NCBI RefSeq assembly: GCF_006345805.1
Contig: NC_043008.1
Coordinates: 13,640,001-13,704,000, forward strand
DNA length: 64,000 bases
Origin: Octopus sinensis
Taxonomy: Eukaryota
Reading direction: 5' to 3'
Shown: one piece after another, positions 12,888-24,782 of the stretch
Numbering within the stretch: the first letter of the stretch is position 1
How the letters are laid out: each line of letters opens with the position of its first letter
Made by a program: the position numbers and the translations under genes
Notes under the pieces: generated by a model
The model's input: only the letters and a program-made list of their open reading frames with translations
Database searches by the model: none
Told to the model about the DNA's origin: nothing

Positions 12888-13222
12888 ATAGGTGTGGATG
12901 TCTGGTAAGGACCTTCGTTCTGAGCTACAAGCGCTCCGGTTCAATTTCACTCAGTGGCATCTTGGTCGAGAGTTTTCTATTATTGCCTCGGGCTGACCAA
13001 AACCTTGTGAATGGAATTGGTAGAGGAAAACAAAAAGGCCATCGTATATATGGTGAGAATTTGCCAAAGACAAAGGAATACGTTTCTCGACAGCACATGC
13101 TATATAGGAGTGTATGTATATATACATACATACACACATATATATATTTCATCCCACAAAAAAAGCTCTACCTTGTAATTTGTCCCATCTGTGTGCAGCC
13201 CTGTGTGGCCAATAAAGAAACA
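12888..13222 (+). mobile_element. Diverged SINE family C with a D-like 3' tail
   Basis: The 5' half resembles family C (gcctcgggctgaccaaaaccttgtga.tgga.ttggtaga). After the microsatellite, tttgtcccatctgtgtgcagccctgtgtggccaataaagaaa resembles the long tail of family D. Confidence 0.6.
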
Positions 13223-13230
13223 TATATATA

Positions 13231-13420
13231 TACGGAGAATTCACAAAAAAAAGACGAAGACAGGTGGTGTAAACAACACACATATGTATTAGTATAACAC
13301 TAGAAAAGTGAAAAAGTCTTTAACGTTTCGAGCCTACGCACTTCCACAGAAAAGAACACAGAAAGAAACAAGGAGAGAAAAAAAATGTGTGTAGTGGCTA
13401 GCGATCTATCATGGCGAATC
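13231..13420 (-). mobile_element. Probable Penelope-like terminal repeat fragment with a hammerhead-like motif (13316-13357)
   Basis: The minus strand reads GTTCTTTT-CTGTGGA-AGTGCGTAGGCTC-GAAA-CGTT-AAAGAC, the same architecture as 55519-55557. The PLE assignment is inferred. Confidence 0.5.
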
Positions 13421-13470
<50 letters not shown>

Positions 13471-13505
13471 ATATATGTATTTATGCAGGTATGTGTGTGT
13501 GTATG

Positions 13506-13543
<38 letters not shown>

Positions 13544-13617
13544 ATAACTTTCATACTTTTCATTGTAATTGTACTTGCCTTTGTAATATTCATTTCTTCT
13601 ATATATATGATTCATCT

Positions 13618-13836
13618 TACGGCGATGAGCTGATAGAATCTTTAGCCTGATATGCATAATGCTTAGCAGCATTTCGTCCTTCCTTACGTCTTGAGCTGAA
13701 ATTCCTTCAGGGTCGACATTGTCTTTCATCCTTTCGAGATCGATAAAATAAGAACTAATTGACCACTGGGTTCGCTGCAATCGGCTTACGCCCTCCCCTG
13801 AACTCGCTGGCCTTATGCCAAACTTTAAAACCATTA
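13618..13836 (+). mobile_element. SINE family D, diverged, short tail variant
   Basis: Core gtcgacattgtctttcatcctttcgagatcgataaaataag. Tail ccctcccctgaactcgctggccttatgccaaac. Confidence 0.8.
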
Positions 13837-14519
13837 TCAAACATTCATCTCATTACTTTCACGTTCTTTCTAAGTTCTTAACTACCATTTCAGCGTCACC
13901 CTATTGAGCATACAGGGACACAAGCAAGAAAATGAAGTAGGCTAGCCCAATACGTAGATATAGAGGGAGAAGTCTAGACGTCAGACACAGTAGAGAGTAG
14001 CAGTCAACGTAGAGTAGAAGGCATCCGAACTTGCGACATAAGTGTTAGAGTATTTTTTTACGTCTGTACAGAGAATGGGTAGAATTTGAAATTGTCTGGT
14101 TTATGAGAATAAATTCGAAAAACATATTTTTCATTTGATTTTCTGAACAGTATGGATCTAGAAATCCACTATCTTCTTCAACGATAAGAAAGCTCATTTG
14201 AACAAGTCTTCAAAACAATAAATATATAACTGTGTGTGGGCTTTTGTGTCCGTTTTGCTTGTTTGCTACGGGTATATATGTGTGTGCATGCGCCTATGTG
14301 TGGATGTACATGTGTGTGTACATGTGTGCGTACCTGTGTGTGTGTGTCTATGTGTACAAGTTTGTCTGTGAGTTTGTGTAAGTGTGTGTGTGTGTGAAGA
14401 ATCTAACTAGTTATTCTCAAAATTTAATATTGCCCAATGTTGTCATCTTGAATCAACAGCGCTATCGATTTTTCAAATCTGTAAATATAGATTTCAACAC
14501 AATGCAAGCTCACTCCGTT

Positions 14520-14551
14520 TTCTTTCTTCTTCTTCTTCTTCTTCTTCTTCA

Positions 14552-14582
<31 letters not shown>

Positions 14583-14780
14583 CTTCTTTTTTTCTTCTTC
14601 TTCTTCTCCTCCTCCTCCCCCTCCTCCTTCTTCTTCTTTTCCACTTCCTCTTCTTCTTCTTCTTCTTCTTCTTCTTCTCCTCCTCCTCCTTCTTCTTTTT
14701 CTTCTTCTCCTTGTTCTTCCTCTGTTCTAGTCTTTTTCTTTTTTCTTCCTTTATTTCCTCTTTCTTCTTCTGTTTTTTCT
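14520..14780. repeat. (CTT)n/(CCT)n polypyrimidine microsatellite
   Basis: Directly visible. Confidence 0.95.
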
Positions 14781-14960
14781 ACCTCTTCTTCTCTATCACT
14801 CACTCTCTAAATGTATCTCCTTCACTATTCTTGTCTCCTTAATAGTCTCCTTCTCAGACTTTTCCCTAGGTTTCGAAAACAATTATTTACCACATCCCAC
14901 ATATATTCCATATTTTGATACACATTATTATCATTAAAATGGAGGTAAATATTATTTTCA

Positions 14961-15044
<84 letters not shown>

Positions 15045-16443
15045 TATATATATGCATGTATATGTGTATATATACACGTATGCATGTGTACATATATTCA
15101 TATATATATATATATATATATAATATTGTTTTGCTTTCATCAATAATCGTATGCGAGCAATTATGTGTGTTTGCATATTCATATAAACTGTGGGAGTAAG
15201 TGGCCCTCAGATTTGCAGTACATGTTATTCAACATAAACTTCACAAATATGAACATTCATTTTATTGAGAAAAATCTTTATGTAAGCAGCGGATATGGTA
15301 AGAATTATACGCACAGGTTATCTAATTCATATTCTCATCTGTTGATGATTGGTATCCATTAAATGCAATGCCAATATTTGTACCTTAAACTCAAGAATAT
15401 GATTACTAAAACATTGAGCTTGTGTATGACTATAAAGTCAGATCATTGAAAATCCTTATTACATTGAGCTTGATGCAAATGACCTTCAACACTAGTTTGG
15501 CAAAATCCATTGAGAACTAAATAAAACATCTTCAGATTAACAATATATGTTAGCGACAGAGGCGGCATTAATACACTGAGTTAATATTTATCCACACTTC
15601 TACGTGTATGTTCTGTGAGAACTAACTACACTGCGATAGATATGAGAATTTCTCTCCTGATGTCCACCGCAGTATAGTGTGTTCTGACAGGATATTCGGG
15701 TATAGTTGGGGATAACTATTCCCTCTGAAATGAGAAAATCCGTCGGCTTCTAAATTTTCGGTTCTTATTGGCTTCAGAACTGATACAACATTTCGCATGG
15801 AAGTACCTGGCCTGCTAATGTTAATTTTACTACCATCCATATTTGTGACTCTGTAAGCTTAAGTAAGAAATTAATATAAATTATAACGATGATTATACCG
15901 CTATCAACAACATCGAAATGGTACCGGTGATGTGAGCATATTCACTTTCAGCAGTGCTGCTATCAGAAAACATGACTGCAGTCAAGAAAACTTTACACGA
16001 TTGATCGGCGTAAATTCATCCATGGACACCGTCCATTCCATGGCCCACGGTCATAAATCATATTGTCTCTTTTTTCTGTTCTTCCTACAGTTACGATAAT
16101 AGTAACTGATTTTCAGAAACTGCTAGACTCATGCCACGTCTACTTGAGTTTTTTCCGCTCATTTCGTCTCTCCTCGTATCACTCTTGATATGTTCGACTT
16201 GCCACATTACTTATTAAACACTACAGGTAGATTTTTCTTCCTAGGTCGGTTATTTATAATATTGACACAACCCATGTCTATTTCGCATGGGTTCACTTAC
16301 TACTGATATACTTCTAATGGTGGTACTCCAGTATGTACGTAGCTCTCGAGCAGAAACAAGTAAAAGAATAATAGATTAGCGATTACATGAATCTCACTGC
16401 TCTACGAAGGCTTGCGAAGGTTAGTAGCACAACACCTTTTCTA

Positions 16444-16640
16444 GCTGTCAAAAAATTTAGACCTGGAGATCTCCATTTCCAGTGACTGTGAGGGCCACCT
16501 TCCAGTGGTGTCTGGCGTCAACGAAGAGCCCTCGACTACAACAAGACGACCAAAGTTTTTTTTTCCAGGGTCTGGGGTCTCCCGCCCCTAAGCCCGAGAC
16601 CATCACCTAATCACTCTTACCCGTCTTGTTGCTTAACAAA
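16444..16640 (+). mobile_element. Unclassified interspersed repeat (family E), copy 1
   Basis: Reverse-complement match, roughly 85% by eye, to 37158-37352 (gacctggagatctccatttccag...cccgtcttgttgcttaacaa). Confidence 0.8.
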
Positions 16641-17309
16641 ACACCAACACCTTGTCTATACCCAGAAACTAAAATCATAATGAAATAGTAACCGAACCAG
16701 CTGTTTCGTGTGAAGTTTCAACTCTGATACAGCGTAAAACTGTTGCGTAATATTGCCCAGCCACTGTAATGCTCTTATCACAAGTTAGACTCCAGCAGAA
16801 TGGCAAGAGTTACCATTATCTAACAGTTGAAAGCATTTCAAGATAGTAACAAAAATTGTATATGAGAATTAAAATTCAGAAGCGTTCTAAAAGAATTGAT
16901 AAAGCAACAAAGTTGTCAAAATATCTGGAGTCTGAATGCAATTATCAAAATCTAAAATGTGTAATAACATTATAAATTTAATATTCCCAAATTAGAAATT
17001 GAAATGATTTGAAATAAAAAAAAAATAGTTTGTGATATAACTGTCACCGTGGAAGTCAAATTGATTTTGTGTCTAAAAGGTGTGTGGGGGAGAAATTAAG
17101 CTAGTTTATTGTTGAAGAACATCCCAAGATATTTGCCAAATTTAATTGAATTCATTGGTCACTAGAAATAATTAATTCTGTTTATTAGTTAATACATCAT
17201 CGTTATTGTCAGTGGCAACAACATTATCAACTTTCTTGCCCTTATTCTCATCTTCATTATCATCAAAATAATCATCATCATTTGAATGTACTAATATTAC
17301 GGTGATTCG

Positions 17310-17368
17310 TATTCATATTATTACTATTATTATTATTATTATTGCTATTATTATTATTATTATTATTG

Positions 17369-17400
<32 letters not shown>

Positions 17401-17431
17401 GGTATTATTATCATTATTATTACTATTATAG

Positions 17432-17484
<53 letters not shown>
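17310..17484. repeat. (ATT)n microsatellite, first of several tracts between 17310 and 18140
   Basis: Directly visible. Confidence 0.95.
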
Positions 17485-17485
<1 letters not shown>

Positions 17486-17638
17486 TACGTTCTGAGTTCG
17501 AACTCCGCTGAGGTCGACTTTGCCTTTCATCCTTTCGGGGTCGATAAATTAAGTACCAGTTGTACACTGGGGTCGATCTAATCAACTGAGCCCCCTCCCA
17601 AATTTCAGGCCTTGTGCCTAGAGTAGAAAATATGATTA

Positions 17639-17712
<74 letters not shown>

Positions 17713-17861
17713 TACGTTCTGAGTTCGAACTCCTCTGAGGTCGACTTTGCCTTTCATCCTTTCGGGGTCGATAAATTAAGTACCAGTTGTACACTGGGGT
17801 CGATCTAATCAACTGAGCCCCCTCCCAAATTTCAGGCCTTGTGCCTAGAGTAGAAAATATG
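17485..17861 (+). mobile_element. Tandem pair of identically 5'-truncated SINE D copies separated by (ATT)n
   Basis: 17485-17635 and 17712-17861 differ at one position (tccgctgagg vs tcctctgagg). The period is 227 bp. Confidence 0.9.
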
Positions 17862-17897
17862 ATTATTATTATTTTATTATTATTATTATTATTATTA

Positions 17898-17925
<28 letters not shown>

Positions 17926-17928
<3 letters not shown>

Positions 17929-18107
17929 TAGTTTTATTTTTATAGAGTACTTTCACTTCACTACTGAGCGCAGATCTGTGTGCCTTGGGTATGTGCTGTG
18001 ATTTGTTGTGATGCTCTGATGGTTATTGTATTCTGCGTAGGATGTGTGCAATGTCCAGTAGTGCAATTTTATGTATGTTATATGTGTTTGTAAGTCCTGG
18101 TGTTTTT
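17926..18107 (-). mobile_element. 3' end fragment of an R4/Dong-like LINE
   Basis: The minus strand reads KTPGLTNTYNIHKIALLDIAHILRRIQ*, then a short UTR, then (TAA)n (17862-17925). Confidence 0.7.
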
Positions 18108-18108
18108 G

Positions 18109-18140
<32 letters not shown>

Positions 18141-18142
<2 letters not shown>

Positions 18143-18590
18143 GAAAACACATAGCTTATTTTGTGGGGTGTGATGGAAAATATCAGCTGTCCACAACCAG
18201 CAGACTAAGACGACACTTGTTTACTGGTCATGCTTCAAGAACCCTCCGAAGAATACTTGCGGTTCCAAGCAATGCTGATTTTTGTAGTTGCTCCACCTTC
18301 ACACTTGCACAGACTTTTTCAGTGTTGATACTTGCAAGTGCACCAATTACTATTGGTATCAAGTCTACTCTATTCATTGACTGCAACCTTCGTATTTCCC
18401 ACTTCAAATCATTCATAGTTGATTCATTTTTCTTCTTTCGCATTTATCATGTTGTCACCGGGGCATGGAATATCGATTATCATAAATGTTCTGTCTTTTT
18501 TTATTCACGGCAACAATATTATGATATTGTTCGTCCAGTGTCAGGTATATTTCCTATCTGCTTGTAAATAGTATCTTCGGTAGATGCATG
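18141..18590 (-). mobile_element. 3' fragment (endonuclease C-terminus) of another R4/Dong-like LINE
   Basis: HNIVAVNKKDRTFMIIDIPCPGD, NDLKWEIRRL..IPIVIGAL and QKSALLGTASILRRVLEA*. It ends in (TAA)n at 18110-18140. Confidence 0.8.
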
Positions 18591-18599
18591 CCTTGACAT

Positions 18600-18649
<50 letters not shown>

Positions 18650-18969
18650 GTACAGCTACTACTACTACTACTACTACTACTACTAGTACTGCTGCTACTA
18701 CTACTACTTCTACTACTACTACTAGTACTACTGCTGCTGCTACTACTGCTACTACTACTACTGCTGCTACTGCTGCTGCTGCCATTATTTTTGCTGCTGC
18801 CATTATTTTTGCTGCTGCTAATACTACTGCAACTACTGCTACTAGTGCAAATACGACTACCCATATTGCTACTACCAATATTGCCACGATAGTTGAAGCT
18901 ACTATTATTACTAACTCTACCACTGCCCCTGCTACTGCTGCCGCTGCTGCACTACTACTACTGCTGCTT

Positions 18970-19010
<41 letters not shown>

Positions 19011-19130
19011 AAATGACTACTACAATTAATATTATTACGCGTACTACAACAACTATTACTGCTACTTCTCTTATTACCACGACTATTACTACTAATGCTA
19101 CTGCTACTAGAAGTATTGCTAACAATAATT
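18600..19130. repeat. Compound (ACT)n/(GCT)n microsatellite
   Basis: Directly visible. Confidence 0.95.
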
Positions 19131-19847
19131 CTATTACATTCTGAAAAGCATATTATTTCACCATATCTCATCAACGATAACATTAGTCCATTACAATGGC
19201 CGAGAGACAATTGGCAAAAAAATAAAACATGATAAATCATCTCCCGAAAATATTTCTCTTTTCTCTTAATCTTCCAAGAATATAAACAACACCTAAATCC
19301 GCTTAAATAATAATATTTTTTTTAGATATTTTAGTTTAATTCTGCAATACGTTGCGTGGCGTGCGATTAGTTTCAGCTATAAATGATTATAGGACTTCGA
19401 CAAAATAAAATTGGTTCGAATGTTGTTCAAAGCCATTTGAATTCTAACCACTTTTAAGGATTTATTGTGCTGATAAAGAAAAAAAAGAACTTTATGCGAC
19501 CTAGGTGCGATATTGATAGGGAAGTATTTATACAGTTATGTCAATTGAAATAAAGAACTTACTAGTCAAGAGCAGTTTAATTGTTAAAAAAGTCGTTGCA
19601 TCTATATACACAGGTAAATAGGTAAACAACTGCACACACACACAAACACACACAGAATGTTGTGTAGAGAGGATAAGTATAGTTATTATATCATCTAAAA
19701 TCTTAGAATTAAGTTGGGAAAAATTCTTGACAGTTTTTATAAAGTTGTGTTTATATAAGATTTGAAGTGCGTGTATAGGTTGGTTAGTATGTTTGAAAAC
19801 TAATTTGAAGTTGCAGAAATTATAATAGGAAAGCGGTATGTGTGTGC

Positions 19848-19892
<45 letters not shown>

Positions 19893-20196
19893 GACTTATC
19901 TTGATTCTATTCAAGGTCTGCAATCAATAGATTTAGAAGAAGCTATGAGAGGAAACTAATTATTGCAAATAACCTTTGTGCTAGTTTGGAAAAAATACCT
20001 TAATCTTATTCTTAGGACGAGATTCAAATTCAGGGAATGCATCATTATTCTAGTTCAGATGTCAAATTTTTACAAACTGAGGTTAGAGAACGTTGGTTAT
20101 TGGCCAAGTATTTATAAACATATATTTGTTTGCATATATCAACTTACACTAGTATTTTCCCATATATTTGTGCATCAGTATGTATGTTTGTGTGTA

Positions 20197-20228
<32 letters not shown>

Positions 20229-20270
20229 CTCTCTCATCTCTCTCTCTCTCTCTCTATATATATAATATAT

Positions 20271-20304
<34 letters not shown>

Positions 20305-20318
20305 CATATATAGATATA

Positions 20319-20703
20319 CTTTTATTTCTATTTGTTTCAGTCAATTGGTTGCGGCTATGCTTGACCAACGTCTGTAGTTCAACAAATCGCCCCCAGTACT
20401 TATTCTATCGGTCTCTTTTACTGAACTACTAGTTTACGGTGACGTAAACACACTAGCATCGGTTGCTAAGCAATTGAGGGGAGACGAATATGGATTCAAA
20501 AACGTATACATACATACACACACATACACACACACACATACACGATGAGCGTCTTTCAGTTTCTGTCTACCAAATCAACTGAGATGGCTTTGGTCAGCCC
20601 GAAGCTATAGTAGAAAATATTTGTACGTCTTGCCTCGCAGTGGGGCTGAACACGGAGCCTTGTGATTGAGAAGCAAGCTTCTGACGACACAGCCACGACT
20701 GCG

Positions 20704-20705
<2 letters not shown>
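20319..20705 (-). mobile_element. SINE family C (full length, internal microsatellite)
   Basis: Colinear with 35341-35750. Confidence 0.88.
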
Positions 20706-20740
<35 letters not shown>

Positions 20741-22158
20741 GCATATGTTTGCATGTAGTTACGTACGTACGTATGTATGTATGTATGTGTGTATGTATGT
20801 ATGTATAAATGAGTTGAGAAAAATAATTTGAAGTAGACAGTTCCAGCAATTTGAACTACAAAGACGTATAAGTGTACAGGAAGTACATACTTTATCAAAA
20901 TTATTTCTGTGTCTGGGACGATTAACCAAATTATGTTGCGGCAGTCACTATCAATTCTTATGCAACCACAGTCATGAAACTCAAACATATATTGATGTCA
21001 CAACAAGAAGGCAATATTTTGTGAAATGTTCGGAATTGGTGTAATTTTTTTCTCGACATCTGGTACTGTATTTAGTAGTGATAAAGAATTCGGAAAAATG
21101 TTTCTGGTATGGAATACATTTTTGATTCACTTTAAACATGGATACATTTACTGCCACGTATTTTTGGATATTATTATTTGAGTGGGGGGGGGGGTGGATG
21201 ACTGGGAGATAGCAGAAATCTTAAAAATCAGAAGTGAATGATGGAAAAAGATATGAAACTGAAGCACGGCCGTGGCTCCAAAACTGATATTCTCTGAGGT
21301 ATATTCTAAAATTGAAACTGTTTGGCAATTCTTTCTGCTTAGAGTTATCAGTTACGTTCTGTCAGTATATCCTCAGAAATGAAGACGCTCTGTTAAATAA
21401 AAATCCCAGTTCTGCTCATCAAAATTTACAGAATATATTCAAAACTAGTGAATTGATATATTCTATTATCTTACTACATGAATGTACCAATGCATGAATA
21501 AAATTTCCGTATTTTCTTCGCTACTGTATAAGAATAGATTTCGTTATGAAAATGAATTATGAAATAGGAAGATAGGAAAATCGTAGAAAGAAATGACAGA
21601 AAAAGAACGGTTCTGAAAGTATATGATTGTTTGTTTGTGAGTGTGTATATGTGTATGAAAACATATGAGTGTCCTGGCGAGTACGTGACTGCTTGCGGCA
21701 TGGAACACGTAAAAAACAAAATGTCCGAGTCTAGGGAATGTTTTAACTTTTTCGCAAAAGGTAAAGTTATCATGTCCTTATAGAAATGCAAACTATTTGT
21801 CTCAACTACATATTTGCGTACGCACATACTCGAATACAGACATTCATACATACATACAGACATACATAAATGCATACATACATACATACATACATACATA
21901 CATACATACATACATACATACATACATACATACATACATACATTCGTTATTGAATTTCCAGTAAAGAAACTTTGGAAAGTAACACCAGTGTTGGAAATGA
22001 GAAGCTTGGTCTGCAACATCGACGGGCAGGTATTTTTGTATGACGAGGTAGGTTCATTAGTTACATGCTTAGTCACAAGTGTAAACTATATATTTCACTA
22101 AGAGCACAATATTTCTAACGGACAGTGGTGGTCTTCCTCGGTCACCATTAAAAACCAT

Positions 22159-22206
<48 letters not shown>

Positions 22207-22209
22207 AAG

Positions 22210-22345
22210 GTCGCGTACACCCTTTGGTCGGCCTAAGTTTACAGTGAAAAATACTTGCCGGCGCATCTCTACACTGGAACTGAACAAAGAATCATGTGGT
22301 TTGGAGGGAAGCAACCTTCTTTCTACACAGCTACAACTGAGCCTA
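22210..22345 (-). mobile_element. Highly diverged SINE family C 5' half
   Basis: ctttggtcggcc...tacttgcc...gaactgaac...catgtggtttgg...acacagc resembles the family C head. Confidence 0.5.
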
Positions 22346-22495
22346 CCTATGTGTGTGTGTGTGTGCTTGTTTATGTATTTTATACCTACATACCTATGTC
22401 CTGGAGTAAGCAGTTAAATGTGAAACAAGGTGGAGAAAAGAGTACTCAAATACGAGAGGTAGAGTAATATACTTTATTGAAAAGCAGCAAAAATA

Positions 22496-22550
22496 TAACA
22501 AAAGCTGTTATTCAGAGTTTCACGTTCTCATTCGTCGGACAGTTTTGTTA
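22496..22550 (-). ncRNA. Minimal type-I hammerhead ribozyme-like motif (left arm)
   Basis: TAACAAAACTGT-CCGACGA-ATGAGAACGT-GAAA-CTC-T-GAA-TA^ACAGCTTTTGTTA. Stem I is 12 bp with one bulge, stem II is 3 bp, and the triplet is altered to AUA. Confidence 0.5.
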
Positions 22551-22582
22551 ATAATTACGAAGCTTATCCATTTTATCTATTT

Positions 22583-22637
22583 TAACAAAACTGTCCGACG
22601 AATCAGAACGTGAAACTCTGAGTAACAGCATTTGTTA
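22583..22637 (+). ncRNA. Minimal type-I hammerhead ribozyme-like motif (right arm)
   Basis: TAACAAAACTGT-CCGACGA-ATCAGAACGT-GAAA-CTC-T-GAG-TA^ACAGCATTTGTTA. Stem I is about 11 bp, the core is C(C)GACGA/GAAA, stem III is ACTC-T-GAGT, and the GUA triplet puts the predicted cut after 22624. Confidence 0.6.
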
Positions 22638-23620
22638 TATTTCTGCTGCTTTTAAATAAAGTATGTACCTGTGTATATGGATGCAATGACTGTTTTAGCA
22701 ATTAAGCATCTACTTATTAATAAGTTAGTTCTTCATTTCATTTGACATAAATGCATTATCACCCGGTCAACATCACACCCAGCTCACAGACTGATATTTT
22801 CTTATTAAAACAACGTATTCTTAAAACCAATTAGAAATCAAATGCAGAAGAACATCATTCGGGCCAATTGTAAATTAGAACTGATATGATTGTTTTGCAG
22901 TCTATTAGATAGTTTTAATGTACGCAAGTAAGCTAATTATAAGACTATTAATATAAAAGAGAAAGTAAGACGCAATGAGTGGTGTACAATGGCTATTGCA
23001 TCATACGTCTTAGTTCTTCCCACTCAAAGCGACAGGAACACAAGTTACTTTATCTTCTCTTTATGTGGCCAAAAAGACATTCCTATAAACTCATGGATAA
23101 GTCTGGTAATTATTCACATTTATTTAAATCAGAATAATGCGACCAGAAAAATAATTCCCATCCTTTCTTTCATTTAACCTCTCATTAAACGCTAGAATTG
23201 AAACTTTTCTTTGATAGTTATTTAAGTAGTCTTCTGCAGTCTTATATTGAATAAGCAATTATATTAGTTTATTAAAGCTCAAAGAAATCTACCGTGTTCA
23301 GTCATACGAACGAAGATGGAATAATCGCATTATTAAGAATTTTGCTTTTCATGTAATATTTTCGTTTTTTTTATTTCATTATTTCTGTTATAGTTACTGG
23401 TGACGATAATCACGTCGCTATGTTATTGTTCATATCGGGGTCCATGTTAACAATGTTCTCGTAGAATAGTGAACAAAAGTAATCAAGGCATGATCATCAC
23501 ACCCTTTAAGCATCACATCTAGGACCTATTTATCCTATATCTTAAGACTGTTGAATGTGATTTGAGACGGAAAAAGGGGTTTCTACATCCAACTGATCAT
23601 TTGACACATTAATATCTCCT

Positions 23621-24028
23621 TATTTCTTTATTGCCCACAAGGAGTTAAACGTAGAGGGGACAAACAAGGGCAGCTAAATGGATTCAGTCGATTATATCGA
23701 CCCCAGTGCGTAACTGGTACTTATTTCATTGACTCCTAAAGGATGAAAGGCAAAGTCGACCTCGGCGGAACTTGAACTCAGAACGTAGCGGCAGACGAAA
23801 TCCCTGTTTATTTATTGCCCACAAGGGGCTAAACACAAAGGGGGCAAACAAGGACAGACAAACGGATTTACATCGACCCCAGTGCGTAAATGGTACTTAT
23901 TTAATCGAACCCGAAAGGATGAAAAGCAAAGTCGAACTCGGCGGAATTTGAACTCAGAACGTAACGGCAGACGAAATACGGCTACGCATTTAAGCCGGCG
24001 TGCTAACGTTTCTGCCAGCTCGCCGCCT
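23621..24028 (-). mobile_element. SINE family D dimer (full unit plus headless second unit) flanked by one TSD
   Basis: Units at about 23805-24028 and 23621-23803. TSD ttaatatctcct (23609-23620) / ttaatatcccct (24029-24040). Confidence 0.88.
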
Positions 24029-24782
24029 TTAATATCCCCTTTGCGCATCCTGTAAAACTAATATTTTTAATTTTTCACTTGTTCCCTGGTAATATCACTC
24101 TATAAACAGAAACTTGCAAGCTTCAATAAATCTTAATTGCTCAATCCATTTCATTTATAATTCATGTAACATTTCTATTTTCAGTCTTGTAACTTCAACC
24201 ACTGTAAAATATCCCAAAGCTGTATCTAAACCAAGTGAATTCCCCTACTTTCAATGTGTTTTCTTAGTACGTGTATTCAAATAATATGTAGGTCTTACTT
24301 TTATATTCAATCGTTTTCTATAAATAAAGGTACAGCTAATGATTTCCTCACGTAAGCAATTTTACCTACTTCATTATGACTTACGTATGCTTGGAGATTA
24401 CTGTTTTGCTTCCAAAGTTCTCAGTACCAACATGAATAATATAGTGAAAAACATTTATTTTTAGGGTATTTCAAATTAAAATCGGGACTTCATGAATTTC
24501 GACCGCCTATTGAAGAATGCAGAGAACACATTGATTATTCGCCTTATTTCCCATGTTTCAAATTCTCGGCATCTATTCTATAGGTATTGCTATTTTCATT
24601 AAACTCGTACAAAGCACTGAAGCCCTCGCGATGTTGTCATGGGAACCATCAAATTAAACTTGTAAGTCACTAATTTTAGAACTGTGCCACGATCTCACAA
24701 TAAAATGGCAAATCCAGAGCTTAGGAACCCTCAACATTACAAGTGATTCGTAAAATTATATATTACATGAAGCAACATGTAA

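Larger units (their letters stand above)
22395..22664. mobile_element. Head-to-head inverted Penelope-like terminal fragments (83-bp arms, 30-bp spacer)
   Basis: 22469-22551 is the reverse complement of 22582-22664 with about 6 mismatches. Each arm carries a hammerhead-like motif followed by aataaa. The left arm continues to about 22395. Confidence 0.7.

Noticed and set aside
15622-15840. 72-aa minus-strand ORF and a nearby plus-strand MEVPGLLMLILL.. stretch before gtaagc
   Set aside because: No homology is recognisable, and the length is within chance expectation.
16091-16226. Strong splice acceptor (polypyrimidine tract + CAG) and a CAG|GTAGAT donor around a 136-nt segment with a signal-peptide-like MPRLLEFF.. 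ORF
   Set aside because: All three frames contain stops and the short ORF ends before the donor. It could be a non-coding exon, but nothing supports a CDS.
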